From NCBI RefSeq assembly GCF_004010195.1, contig NC_057719.1, forward strand, positions 12,563,969 through 12,627,968: 64,000 bases of DNA, read 5' to 3'. How positions within the stretch are numbered: the first letter of the stretch is position 1; each line of letters opens with the position of its first letter. This DNA is from Chiloscyllium plagiosum. Its lineage: Eukaryota. A program made the position numbers and the translations under genes. Under the pieces are notes generated by a model that saw only the letters and a list, made by a program, of their open reading frames with translations, was not told the origin of the DNA and ran no database searches. Positions 39,202 through 51,932 of the stretch are shown here, in pieces.

Positions 39202-39763
39202 CAGTCATACAGCACGGAAACAGATCCCTTGGTCCAACCAGTCCATGTCGAACAGAATCCCAAACTAAACTAGTCCCACCTGCCTGCTCCTAGCCTGTAT
39301 CTCTCCAAACCTTCCTTATTCATATATCCATCCAAATGTCTTTTAAATGTTGTAATTGTACCAATATCCACCACCTTCAGGAAGTTCATTCCACAAGCAA
39401 ACCACCCTGTGTGTAAAACATCCGTTTCTTGTCTTTAATAAATCTCTTTCCTCTCACCTTAAAAATGTGCCCCCGAGATTTGAAATTCCCCATCTTAGGG
39501 AAAAGACAATCAATCCTATTTATACCTCTCATTATTTTATAAATCTTTTATCAGGTCACCTCTCAATCATCTACACTCCAGTGAAAGTAGTCCCGGCCTT
39601 TCTTTATAACTCAAATCTTTCAGTAAATCTCTTCTGAACCCTGTCCTTCCTATAACTGGGCAACCAGAACTGAACATAGTAATCCAAAACAGACCTCACC
39701 AATGTCCTGTACAACCTCAACATGACTTCCCAACTCCTACAAAGGACTGAACAATGAGGCCAG
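39202..39763 (-). mobile_element. CR1 3' fragment (continues at ~42505-42620 after a nested insertion)
   Basis: SWEVMLRLYRTLVRSVLDYYVQFWLP on the minus strand. Confidence 0.8.
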
Positions 39764-40048
39764 TGTGCCTCACTAGCCTTATTGAGTTCTTCGAGAAGGT
39801 GACAGAACAGGTGGATGAAGGTAAAGCGGTTGATGTGGTGTATATGGACTTCAGTAAGGCGTTTAATAACATTCCACATGGTAGGCTATTGCACAAAATA
39901 CGGAGTTTTGGGATTGAAGGTGATTTAGCGATTTGGATCAGACATTGGCTAGCTGAATGACGACAGAGGGTGGTGGTTGATGGGAAATGCTCATCCTGGA
40001 GCTCAGGTACCAGTGGTGTGCTGCAAGGATCTGTTTTGGGGCCACTAC

Positions 40049-40381
40049 ATTAGATTAGATTACATTAGATTACATTACAGTGTGGAAACAGGCCCCTCGG
40101 CCCAACAAGTCCACACCGACCCGCCGAAGTGAAACCCACCCATACCCCGACATTTACCCCTTACCTAACACTACGGGCAATTTAGCATGGCCAATTCACC
40201 TGACCTGCACATCTTTGGACTGTGGGAGGAAACCGGAGCACCCGGAGGAAACCCACGCAGACAAGAGGAGAACGTGCAAACTCCACACAGTCAGTCGCCT
40301 GAGGCGGGAATTGAACCCGGGTCTCCGGCGCTGTGAGGCAGCAGTGCTAACCACTGTGCCACCGTGCCGTCCACAATGCGC
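40049..40381 (-). mobile_element. Well-preserved HE1-like V-SINE with 7-bp TSD
   Basis: ccactac at 40042-40048 and 40382-40388. A box TGGCACAGTGG, B box GGTTCAATTCCC, many CpGs retained. Confidence 0.9.
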
Positions 40382-40732
40382 CCACTACTGTTTGTTATTT
40401 TTATATATGATCTGGATGTGGGCGTAGAAGGATGGATTAATAAATTTGCGGATGACACTAAGGTGGGCAGAGTTGTGGATAGTGCCAAAGGATGGTGTGA
40501 ATTACAGAGGGACATTAATAAGATGCAGAGCTGGGCTTTGAAGTAGCAAATGGAGTTTAGTACGGAAAAGTGTGAGGTAATTCACTTTGGAAGAAATAAC
40601 AGGAATACAGAGTACTGGGCTAATGGTAAAATTCTTGGCAGTGTAGATGAACAGAGCGATCTCGGTGTCCAGGTGCATAAATCCCTGGAAATTGCTACTC
40701 AGGTTGATAGGGTTATCAACAAGGCACATGGT

Positions 40733-41898
40733 AAAAACAAGGGCTGCAGATGCTGGAAACCAAATTCTGGATTAGAGGTGCTGGAAAAGAACAGCAGTTC
40801 AGGCAGCATCCAAGGAGCAGTAAAATCGACGTTTCGGGCAAAAGCCCTTCATCAGAAATATAGGCAGAGAGCCTGAAGGGTGGAGAGATAAATGAGAGGA
40901 GGGTGGGGGTGGGGAGAAAGTAGCATAGAGTANNNNNNNNNNNNNNNNNNNNNNNNNNNNNNNNNNNNNNNNNNNNNNNNNNNNNNNNNNNNNNNNNNNN
41001 NNNNNNNNNNNNNNNNNNNNNNNNNNNNNNNNNNNNNNNNNNNNNNNNNNNNNNNNNNNNNNNNNNNNNNNNNNNNNNNNNNNNNNNNNNNNNNNNNNNN
41101 NNNNNNNNNNNNNNNNNNNNNNNNNNNNNNNNNNNNNNNNNNNNNNNNNNNNNNNNNNNNNNNNNNNNNNNNNNNNNNNNNNNNNNNNNNNNNNNNNNNN
41201 NNNNNNNNNNNNNNNNNNNNNNNNNNNNNNNNNNNNNNNNNNNNNNNNNNNNNNNNNNNNNNNNNNNNNNNNNNNNNNNNNNNNNNNNNNNNNNNNNNNN
41301 NNNNNNNNNNNNNNNNNNNNNNNNNNNNNNNNNNNNNNNNNNNNNNNNNNNNNNNNNNNNNNNNNNNNNNNNNNNNNNNNNNNNNNNNNNNNNNNNNNNN
41401 NNNNNNNNNNNNNNNNNNNNNNNNNNNNNNNNNNNNNNNNNNNNNNNNNNNNNNNNNNNNNNNNNNNNNNNNNNNCACCTCCGCTCCCTCACCACCAGAC
41501 GCCTGGAGGAAGAACGCCTCATCTTCCGCTTCGGAACACTTCAACCCCAGGGCATCAATGTGGACTTCAACAGTTTCCTCATTTCCCCTTCCCCCACCTC
41601 ACCCCAGTTCCAAACTTCCAGCTCAGCACTGTCCCCATGACTTGTCCAACCTGCCTATCTTCTTTTCCACCTATCCACTCGACCCTCCTCCTTGACCCAT
41701 CACCTTCATCCCCCTCCCCCACTCACCTATTGTACTCTATGCTACTTTCTCCCCACCCCCACCCTCCTCTCATTTATCTCTCCACCCTTCAGGCATTCTG
41801 CCTGTATTACTGATGAAGGGCTTTTGCCTGAAACGAGGATTTTACTGCTCCTCGGATGCTGCCTGAACTGCTGTGCTTTTCCAGCACCTCTAATCCAG
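40733..41898. mobile_element. Fold-back Neptune-type PLE spanning an assembly gap
   Basis: TSD aa(c/g)aaggcacatggt at 40718-40732 and 41899-41913. Inverted arms; hammerhead core at 40826-40857 (-). Confidence 0.85.
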
Positions 41899-42653
41899 AA
41901 GAAGGCACATGGTGTGTTGGCGTTTATTGTTGAGGGATTGAGTTTCAGAGCCACGAGGTCATGCTTCAGCTGTACAAGACACAGGTAAGGCCACACCTGG
42001 CATATTGCATGCAATTGTGGTCACCGCATTATAGGAAGGACATGGAAGCTTTGGAAAGGGTTCACAGGAAATTTAATAGATGTTGCCTGGTATGGAAGGA
42101 ATGTCTTAAGAGGAAAGGCTGAGGTAACGGAGACTGTTCTCGTTGGAGAGGGGAAGGTTGAGAGGTGACTTTATCTGGACGTATAAGATAATCAGAGGGT
42201 TACATAGGGTGGAGAGTGAGAGCCTTTTTCCTCAGATGAAAGCTAACATGAGGGCACAAAGCTTTAAATTGGGGGGTGATAGATTTAGGACAGATATTAA
42301 GGGTAGTTTCTTCACTCAGTAGTAGGGGCGTGGAATGGCCTGCCTGCAACAGACTTGCCAACATTAAGGGCATTTAAATGGACATCGGACATACATATGG
42401 ATAATAATGGAACGGGGTAGGTTAGATGGGCATATGATTATTTTCAAAGGTCGGTGCAACAGAGGGCTGAAGGGTCCGTACTGTGCTGTAATGTTCTTTG
42501 TGCCAACTGCCTTTTTAACCATCCTGCCTATATGTGGCGCTAACTTGAAAGAATTATGTACCTGCTTGGTCCCTCTGTTCTACAACAACCCGAGGCCCCT
42601 GTTCTACAAGGCTCTACCATTAACTGGATGACAAAAAGTAGTTATTGTCTCAC

Positions 42654-42835
42654 CTTTACTCCTCCAAGGATGGTGGGCCCCACAAAGTTGCCATTTTCAT
42701 ATCCTTTCACCTGGATCTTCCGGCCATCCAGCAGCAGCTTGGCACCCTCTTCCACTCCACTTTGGACAAGATCACACACGCGAGCCTTAGCCTGAGGGGA
42801 GACGAGTGGGCCAAGATCAGAGCCTGGCTGGTCAC
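42654..42835 (-). CDS. ALDH6A1: ALDH6A1 exon 9 (DQPGSDLGPLVSPQAK...GYENGNFVGPTILGGVK)
   Basis: 182 nt, AG/GT boundaries, phase-compatible with exon 8. Confidence 0.97.
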
Positions 42836-43169
42836 CTGGGATCAGGAAGAAAAACAAAATTATGCACTCATATGGTTAACCAAGGCAATCCTCTAATGTT
42901 TATGTATTCTGGGAGAAGTGTACAGCTGTCCATTAGGGCTGTAATCAGAGCACATAATAATTAGGTTCCTCATTCCACAACCTCAAATCACAAACTCCAA
43001 TAGAAAACATTTCTAACAGCCTAGTCAGGTGAGTTACTAAATAAATATTTAATTCTGTCAAGAGTACACAGAAGTAATTGAATGCAGTCAGATGGTTTAC
43101 TGGTAAATAACAGAACTAGTTTTGAATAGTAAAATTGCTTTATCCAAACAAAATTGTCAAGTGGGTGAA

Positions 43170-43505
43170 CTTAGAATCCCTACAATGCGGAAGTGGGCCG
43201 ATCAGCCCATCTAGTCCATACTGACGCTCTAAAGAGTATCCCACCCAGTCCCAGCCCCTACTCTATCCCTGTAACCATGCATTTCCCATGGTTAATCCAC
43301 CCAATCCTGGGCAATTTAGCATGGCTAATCTAACTAAACTGCACATCTTTGAACTGAGGGGAAAATTTGGATCACCCAGCAGAAACAGACACAGACACGG
43401 AGAGGATGTGCTAACTCCACTCGGACAGTCACCAGGGTCTGGAATTGAACTCGGGTCCCTGGCACTGTGAGGCAGCAATGCTAACTCACTAAGCCACTAT
43501 GCTGT
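43170..43505 (-). mobile_element. Older V-SINE in ALDH6A1 intron 8
   Basis: Degenerate A/B boxes and V domain. Confidence 0.75.
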
Positions 43506-43948
43506 CCATTAAAAAAGCTACTTTAGTTATTTCTGTATTGAATTCAAAAATGGAATCTGAGGGGAGAAAAAATTTCAGATTAGTTCAAGATAATGGAAGT
43601 TAGTTTCTAGTATTCCTTCAGTGTTAAGTGGTTTCAATCCCCAGAACTCCATATCTTAAGCTTTCTGGGAGTACTGCACTACAGGGACCATTGTGGCTCA
43701 AGGTGACTCAGTGTCATCTTCTCAAAGGACTACTAGTGACGAATGGGCAACAAGGTCAACAATGCCCATACCACACATTCTTGATGTGGCACATATTTAT
43801 CTGGAAAGACATAGTTGCAATTACATGAGGAGAAATCACACTGCCTAATCAACTGTCTCGGTTTTCCATATTTTGGCTCCTGGACAATGTTGGGACTATT
43901 CATTCAATCAAACTCCTCATATTCCCATTGCACTGAAAGTAACCATAC

Positions 43949-44138
43949 CTGCATTGACTTTCAGCTTCTTTGCCCTTTCCACTAGTTCAGGTAGCCAGTT
44001 TCTTGCTTCCCCGACCAGGACAGCAGTAGATAGGGCCATACAACGCTGTCCAGCAGCACCAAAAGCTGCACCAACAAGCTGATTCAAAGTATTCTCCTTA
44101 TTAGCATCAGGCATCACGACTCCATGGTTCTTAGCACC
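43949..44138 (-). CDS. ALDH6A1: ALDH6A1 exon 8 ([15 protein letters not shown]...[13 protein letters not shown]...VNA)
   Basis: 190 nt, AG/GT boundaries, includes the catalytic Cys in AGQRCMA. Confidence 0.97.
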
Positions 44139-46138
44139 CTACAGAGAATTCAGAGAAAAATGAAAAGGCAAATTGAATATACCTCCCTGTATATTCCCTG
44201 ACTACATGGAAAATAAAAACTTCAAACCACTTTATACTCCTGGAAGCAGAGACCATTTTTAAAAAAAAAATCTTCACAACATTGGCAGGAACTGGTAAGA
44301 TTAACTGTACAGTGTATAATTTAATAGTAGAACTAGAAAAAAAGGACTCTCATTCAAACCAATCTCTCCCACATTACAATTATGGTATGGTAAAGTTTGG
44401 TCTCTCATCAACCACAGCTTGGAGCAGGATTTTTATTTTATTGGGAGAGAATTGTAATGATGTCTTTCCCCAGGTCAGACATAACCAACAGCCAACAGAA
44501 GTTGGTTAAATCACACATGCTGTTTCAACTAGAGCAAAAACAAAAATTCAAGAAACTCAGCAGGTCTGGCAACATCAGAAGAGAAAGCAGAGTTAACATT
44601 TTCAGTCTAGGCATTCCTCTTCAGAACTGTCTTCTGCTGAATTCAATGTTTGTAGAAAATAGAATGAGTTTCTTTCTTTCCTCTCCGAAACTCCCAGAAT
44701 AGGGCCTATGCACACACAGTGCACAGAAAAAAGCTACTCATTCAATAGTTAGCTGCTCTTTGACAGATTCTCTCCTTCATTTCAATGAGAACATTACTAC
44801 ACAACCCATCTTTCTGCACTCGTCATCTCCCCTTTCCCCCTTACATGCAGCATTCAGGTGTAAATTTGGAAAAGTTGCTGCCTCACGAGCAGCTATTGTA
44901 AAATGCCAGCTAGGCTGACATTACAATGAACAAAGTAAAAGTCAACAAAAATAAAATCTTGATAGAGACAGAGAGAAAGATAAGCAAACAATGCTGCAAC
45001 TGAGCTTCTCAATCATCAGCAGGACCTCAATTAAATGCAAAATGAATCCATTCAGTCAAACAGTAGGGCCATGTGAAGCCAAGACGACCAGCCATTTATT
45101 GTTTTCAACTTAAACTTTGTTTTAAAAGAAGGCCACAAGTTGGTTTGCTGAAAAACTTAATTGCAAACATAAATTGTATGGAAGGAAAACCACAGTTGTG
45201 GGGAGTCAGAAATTAGAGAACCCAAAACTCTGATTTGATCGTGTTGTCAGCCATTCTCACTGGGTTAGCTGAACCCACACAAGCTTGTCATGTGATTATG
45301 CAAACACAAGTATAGGTAAGCCATCATTCAAAAGACTTAGTGAATCTCCACAAGTAGAGTAAACCCGAGGAGAAAAATACTGCCGATCGGAGACAAAGTG
45401 AGGTTGAAGTAGCAAGTGGAATACTGTGATGCAACACAAAAGATTGACATTGCTAAGGAGTGGGAGATCCCACCTTTGAGTCTGTCAATCATTCTGAAAC
45501 ACAAGGAAAATAATCTTTGAACAGTCTGACAAGCAGGCATTCTTTCCACCTAGGAAGAGAATGAGAATGAGTGCCTTTCCTCAAAAAGCCCTCTGCTAAC
45601 ATTGGTTCAAGGCTGTTTGAGCAGAGAATATTTCTACCCTGGCCCAATTCTACAGGAAAGTGAAGTTGTTCTAGCAAAGAACTGGGTCAAGTAGCTCCAA
45701 CTTGTAACCAACGAATGGCCAGACTGACTCAAAACCAAGGAATGGCATTGTTTTCCACGGAGTAAGTGGTAAGGTGCAGTTATTATGGCAGCAATAGCAG
45801 TTGCCAAGTGAGCCAGGATGGACGGATTTTGATTGCATTTTTCAGATATGCAAGGAAGCTTCAAGAATTCGATCTGTCTGTAGAATTCAATGTCACAGCA
45901 GTGATGGACTAGAAGTGTCATAACCTTTTCCAAAAGAATCATCCTTAATTCACCCAAGTCATTTGCTAACAATGTGCAAGAGATTGGAGAACTGCTGTAC
46001 ATATACTAAATATATCGAGTATTGTAGTCTGACCCAAGTACACACGACAGCTAAAGTGCACTGTTTCGTCATCTGTAACCAGATCGTCTTGAAATTTTAA
46101 AAATCACACCATATGTAGACAGGCCAACAAGAGGTGAG

Positions 46139-46638
46139 NNNNNNNNNNNNNNNNNNNNNNNNNNNNNNNNNNNNNNNNNNNNNNNNNNNNNNNNNNNNNN
46201 NNNNNNNNNNNNNNNNNNNNNNNNNNNNNNNNNNNNNNNNNNNNNNNNNNNNNNNNNNNNNNNNNNNNNNNNNNNNNNNNNNNNNNNNNNNNNNNNNNNN
46301 NNNNNNNNNNNNNNNNNNNNNNNNNNNNNNNNNNNNNNNNNNNNNNNNNNNNNNNNNNNNNNNNNNNNNNNNNNNNNNNNNNNNNNNNNNNNNNNNNNNN
46401 NNNNNNNNNNNNNNNNNNNNNNNNNNNNNNNNNNNNNNNNNNNNNNNNNNNNNNNNNNNNNNNNNNNNNNNNNNNNNNNNNNNNNNNNNNNNNNNNNNNN
46501 NNNNNNNNNNNNNNNNNNNNNNNNNNNNNNNNNNNNNNNNNNNNNNNNNNNNNNNNNNNNNNNNNNNNNNNNNNNNNNNNNNNNNNNNNNNNNNNNNNNN
46601 NNNNNNNNNNNNNNNNNNNNNNNNNNNNNNNNNNNNNN
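46139..46638. other. Assembly gap, exactly 500 N, inside ALDH6A1
   Basis: Direct count. The left flank ends in CR1 sequence and the right flank starts in a PLE tail. Confidence 0.98.
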
Positions 46639-47547
46639 CAGCATCTGCAGTCCTCACTTTCTCCTTAAAGACCAGAAAAGAAGGACAATAAAGAAATGAG
46701 CTCTGGAGAAGAGAACTAAGAATGAAGTCAATTATCAATGCTATAAAGAAGTCATACCAATACCAGACAGTGATAGAGGAGTACAGAAATTATGTGCCAT
46801 TTCAGCTCCAGGACATCTCTACAAGAATTCATGGGGTAGTGTCCAATCATCTTCAGCTGCTTCAATGACATTCCCTCCAGGTGATCAAAGTGGGGATGTT
46901 CAAAAAATGATTATACAATATTCAGCACCACTCACAACTACTTAGATACTGAAGCAGATGTCCAGATCTGGACTCCCCAAAGCCAAGGCACATATCAGAA
47001 ATATGATGGAATATTACCAACTTGCCTGGATAACGGCAGCTCCAACAACACTTAAGTAGTTTGCCACCATCCACGAAGAAGCCCACTACCACAAACATTT
47101 ACTTCCTCCCACACTAACATACAGTGGCAGTGCGCATCATTTGGAAGATTCAGTGCAGAAATTCACCAAGATTCCTTTGACAGCACCTTCCAAAGCCAAT
47201 GACCTACCATGGACAAGACTGTATGGGCAGAAGCTCATGGAAATTCTAATGTTTGCAAGTTGCCAAGTCACCAACAAGGCAGTTCACTAACACCCTCAAA
47301 GACAACTAAGGATGGGCAATAAATGTTGGCTCAGCCAATGATATTTCCATCCAGTGAAAACATGTAAGACACATATTGACAGAAGAGGAAGAAAGAATGC
47401 CATAACACAGCTGGAAATTGAAATTGAAGGCTTGTACAACTGAAGAGTAAATCAAGATTTCAGTGCAAGGTGTAGAAGACTTGTCCTTAAATCATTACTG
47501 TTGTATTCAGTAAATGGAACCTGACAATTTAAAAAATATGAAATTTG

Positions 47548-48300
47548 ACAAGATTTGTAGCTCAGGTTGAGGTTCTTTTTGTAAGTTTGCTTGGTATGCT
47601 GGTAGGTTTGTTTTCAGACATTGCTACCATGCTAGGTAACATCTTCAGCAAGCCTCCGGTGAAGCGCTGGTGTTCTATCCTACTTTCTATTTACGTGTCT
47701 TGATCTGCTAAAGTGGGTGATATCATTTCCGGTTCTTTATCTCACGCAAGTCTCTGTCTAGCCTGTCCTCAGAATGAATGTGTCATCCCAGTCGAAGTGA
47801 TGTCCTTCTTTGAGTGTGTGTATGGATCATAGTGATAGCTGTTCTTGTCTTTTGGTGGCTAGTTGCAAAACGACTGTCATTTACAAAATACCCTGCAAGG
47901 ACTGCAACAAAAACTACATTGACAGACAGGCAGGAACCTAGCTACCAGGATACACGATCACCAACTAGCCACCAAAAGACCAGCTATCACTCCTATCCTT
48001 CCACACAGATGAAGGAAGACACCACTTTGACTGGGACAACACATCCATCCTTGGACAGGCTAAACAGAAACATGATAGGAATTCAGAGGTCTGGCATTCC
48101 AACCGGAACTCCATCAATAAACACATTGATTTGGACCCCATTTACTAACTCAGAAAAAGAACCGGAAATGATATCACCCACCTTAACAGACTAAGACACG
48201 AATAGAAAGCAGGACAGAACACCAGCACTTCACCGGAGGTTCACTGATGATGTTACCTAGCATGGTAACAAACCTAACCAGCTCAATGAGCAAACTTGCA
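47548..48300. mobile_element. Older Poseidon-type PLE with inverted arms
   Basis: VIYKIPCKDCNKNYI GIY-YIG remnant on plus. The left arm is the reverse complement of the right terminus. Degenerate CTGATGA-T-stem. Confidence 0.75.
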
Positions 48301-49520
48301 AAAAAAAATTAAAATGGATACTTTTTCTTCCCATTTCAAAAAGATCTTGATTAAGCCTTTGCACTTACAATATTTGAACATAATAGTGAGATTCCTGAAA
48401 CTATTCCACAGAGGATGAAAGGAATGAGAGAATAAAAATACGAAAATGCCACAGGGCAGAAAACCAAGGACAACCCTTTCCAACATGTTTGAACCAATAA
48501 CTAGGGAGCTCTGGAAACCACCCACTAAAGCTGACCGACAGGCTTCTACTGTACATGCCGAGTAAAAATATGAACAAGCATTGAAAACAAAAACAAATGC
48601 TGGCTTTTCAGTACAGATTCCAGCAATTACAGTAATTTGCTCATAGTGTATGAACAAGCATTATCTGCTTTTCTCTCAAGACAACCCGAGTACAAACCAC
48701 AGGAGAAAAAGGGGCACTGACCAATTGAATTAGGAAACTAATTAGCTTGGATACCTTATGATTTCAGATGGGTTACACCAGTAATAGTGAACCCCAGTAA
48801 GCAACAATCGAAAAATTTAAGGTCCACAAGTCAGATCATTGAAGAGGTGTCAACGGACCCCAAATGTTAACTCTGCTTTTTTCCCCCCACAGATGCTGAC
48901 GGACCTGCTGAATTTCTCCAACGATTTAGCTTTTCAATTAGATCACTGACGCGTTAAATCAGGGAAGTAAAGAATAATTGCAGATCTACTGTATTTAATA
49001 TTCTGAGGTTTAACAGTGACATGGGCACAATAACAAAGTCGTCACTGGAAACTGAGACGGTTGCCAAGTATTTGAGACACGTTTAAAAACTCAAACCACG
49101 TAAATAAGCGTTTTCATCCCTTGCAACAAAGCAAATAAGGGAAATACACGGGGATATAGAACAATTAGATCCAAATATGCAGAAAACCACGATGAAAGGT
49201 GAAATAAAACGACAACTGCAAAACATATAAATAGAACGAGTTTGATTTTCACCACTTGGAAAGGTCAAGAGGACGAAAGGCGGCTGGGAATACAAATTGC
49301 TGCACGCTAAAGCGTGTCTATCACCAAAATGAAGAAAGCGCGCATATTATTCTTTTGAGATTTCTTCTGCATACAGAGACGTGGTTTCTACATCTTTAAG
49401 GTTTGAAATAAAACCGACGGCGAGAAACGATCTTGACGTGCACGGTACTGGAACATTCTGCGGAACCTCTCTAGTATTGCCCGTCTTCCATCACCCCACA
49501 CGCGAGTCCCAACGGTTTAC

Positions 49521-49556
49521 CTTGCGCCTTAGAACGACCCTAAGAACTGCGGCCAT
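49521..49556 (-). CDS. ALDH6A1: ALDH6A1 exon 1 coding part (MAAVLRVVLRRK), start of mitochondrial presequence
   Basis: Kozak ACAATGG, gtaaac donor, Arg-rich acid-free peptide, lies in the CpG-rich region head-to-head with LIN52. Confidence 0.85.
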
Positions 49557-49974
49557 TGTGGAACTAATGACAGCCAGCACAGCCCCTCACCCCCCTCTAA
49601 CTTCAGATCAGCTCCTGACAGTGACGACCGAGTAACCGTCAGCAACGACCAATCCGGCCTCCTCTGGAGGCGGGGATCATCTCCAGCCCAACGGCCATTG
49701 GCGAGGCGCCGGATTCCGATCGGCCAATGCTGACGTCCATCAGAACGCGCCCCGTTTCCCCCGCCCACTAATGTCGCGAGATTGCCGGTGGCTAACGGTC
49801 GAGGCGCTAACTTTTTGCACGCGTTTTGCTTTATTGTAAAAATCCAAAACCCCAAACAGCGCATTTGAAATCGGAAACTATTCCGTTCGAAAAAAAAACA
49901 ATTCGCCGGTGTTTATTTTGCCCTCGGGGCGGCAGGGGGTGGTAGCGAGTGGGTCATGTGACGGTTCGGGGAAG
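49557..49974. promoter_or_regulatory. CpG-rich bidirectional promoter and 5' UTRs of ALDH6A1/LIN52
   Basis: Between divergent ATGs. CCAAT boxes at 49649, 49697 (reverse) and 49724; TGACGT at 49731; GC box at 49759; TGTCGCGAGA at 49772; TTTGAA at 49864; GTCATGTGAC at 49953; AAGATGGCG over the LIN52 ATG. Confidence 0.85.
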
Positions 49975-49993
49975 ATGGCGTCGCCGAGTGCGG
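49975..49993 (+). CDS. LIN52: LIN52 exon 1 coding part (MASPSA+G), MuvB/DREAM subunit
   Basis: AAGATGGCG Kozak, 19-nt phase-1 exon with gtaaat donor. MASP start and position opposite ALDH6A1 match the vertebrate locus. Exon 2 not seen in the window. Confidence 0.8.
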
Positions 49994-51804
49994 GTAAATT
50001 CTAATTTGTTTCTGAACATGAGAGAGAGATAGTGTGTGAGTGACTGACTGACTGAGCGAGAGGGCGCTTCTTGCCAGAAGGCACTCGACTTTGCTACCAG
50101 GCTACTTCATCCTCTCAGAACTGGGACAATTCGAACATAAAACAAAAAATTGTGATCTTTTATTTACGCTGTAAAGATTTTTCTTTTGCAGTGCCTGTGG
50201 GAAGAAAGCAGAGTTAACGTTTCGACTCTGGGTTGATGAATTAACTTTGCTTTCTTCTCTCAGCCGTGCTCAGTTTCTTCAATATTTTCTGTTTATTTTT
50301 TGTTTCACATCTCTAGCCACACCTGTTAGTTTCCTTTTTACGATTCTCCTTCCTCTCCTTTTAAGATGTTGGCGAGTAGCCACGGCAACCCTCGTCCCCA
50401 TCACTCACATCTGACAGTATTCCATCACCAAGTGGCTCTTTATTTGATGTGGATAATCTTTGATGTTGATCCGGCCCTCTTAGAGTGAGTAGGATGTCTG
50501 ACACTTTTTTTGTGCAGGTGTGAGACACAGGGAAGACACTTCTATTTTTCTGTCAGCCAGTGCTCCCTGATTGGACCAGATTAATAGCCTAAGGTCCATC
50601 TGGCTGACCTTGTTACAATTACTACATTCCTCCCCTTCTGTCTTTGTGGACATAGGCTAGTGCTTTTCTGTACTTCCTCATGGGGCCTTTTAGCACCGGG
50701 TCAAGATCCTCCAATTCTGCCTCTGATTCAAGTGGCTTGTAACGCATAGTAGCTCGCCAGGGTTATCCAGGGATTTTCAAAACGAAGATGTTAGCGAGAA
50801 GTAATGTCTGAGGAAGGGTAATTGGTAGCAATGGTGCAGAGGTGGTATCCTCACTGTTTCCATCTCAAATTCTGAGGTAAATTCAATGCTTGATGGAGAG
50901 AGAGAGAACTCACGGGCTTTGGAGCAATTGAAAAGGCAGTTTAGGAGCTGAGAACATTTTGCTCCGCCATTTGAGAGTTTGCAGCTTTCATATGGTCCAC
51001 ATGCTTGTTCAGGACCATCACACCTACCTGAACTTTTTACATCACTGGACCTGAAATTGTGTAGACTATAACTTACCCATGCAGAGCCATTTCCATTGTT
51101 CCTACACCAAACTTTGTCCCCTGAAGTAATCTATTTCCTCACTTAGTGAAGTAGTGTGCAGCATTGATGTTCGTGATGCCGATCTTCCTCTTCCCCCTGG
51201 TCCAGGAAGATCAGCTTTAACATGGTGCAGGGTCTTCCCTACATTAGCAAGTCTGCCAAAGCACAGACTTACACATTTTCAGCTCTGATCTCCAGCATCT
51301 GCAGTCCTCACTTTCTCCTGCCAAAGCGATCACTGGAGTTACGCGAGGGGTGGTTCTAAAATCAATGAGGAACCAGGACAGTTTATTATCAAGTGAAGCT
51401 GCTTCTTTAAGTTTGCCTTCAAAATTTGGACTGCTCTTTTTGCCAGACTTTTTGATGATGGATGGTATGGAGCTGGCTTTCAACTTTGGGAAATACTGAA
51501 ACTTCTTGCTGGGAAACAATCTGTCACCAACACCTCTGAGAGTCTATTGCAAAAAAAGTGCCCTTTTTCTATCGTTGACCCCATGTTTGACAAATGAGCT
51601 CTGAGTGTCCACAATGACTGAGAATGTTCAGCCCATGAAAGGACCCACATAGTAGACGTGTAACTGAATCCATGATTTTGCTGGCCATTCCCACGATTGT
51701 GGGGAGCTGCTAGTGGTAATTTTTTTCTTTGTTGACATTCTGGGCACTGTCCCACCAATGCAGCTATGTCTGCATCCATTCCTGGCCAACAGACAATACT
51801 TCTC

Positions 51805-51932
51805 AATTAAAACTGAAAGAACTGCAGCTGCTGGAAATCAGAAACAAAAACAAATTGCTGGAAAAGCTCATCGGGTCTGGCAGCATCTGTGGAGAGAAAT
51901 CAGTTATTGTTTTGGGACCAATTACCCTTCCT
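51805..51932 (-). mobile_element. Old PLE-derived terminal fragment inserted in the Gypsy integrase, 15-bp TSD
   Basis: cagaca(a/t)tacttctc at 51790-51804 and 51933-51947. Related old fragments near 2317, 19040, 37860, 44530, 48840 and 60120. Confidence 0.75.

Larger units (their letters stand above)
39770..42498 (+). mobile_element. CR1 RT to 3' end, itself carrying a SINE and a fold-back PLE
   Basis: LTSLIEFFEKVT, VDVVYMDFSKAF, INKFADDTKVG. tgtgcc flanks both sides. Confidence 0.88.

Noticed and set aside
40290..40370. tRNA gene
   Set aside because: The A/B boxes belong to a SINE head followed by a V domain, tail and TSD. The same applies to the other SINE copies.
39202..42620. Twin-primed inverted CR1
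   Set aside because: The minus-strand CR1 resumes at ~42505 and tgtgcc flanks the plus copy, so this is simple nesting of two elements.
44282..46002. Short ORFs in the ALDH6A1 intron as a nested gene or the missing exons
   Set aside because: No recognisable domain, no ALDH motifs and no consistent exon chain.
50376..50389. RFX X-box-like GTAGCCACGGCAAC as a ciliary-gene regulator for BBOF1
   Set aside because: Two mismatches from the palindrome, inside the predicted LTR end, and far from the BBOF1 promoter, which is outside the window.
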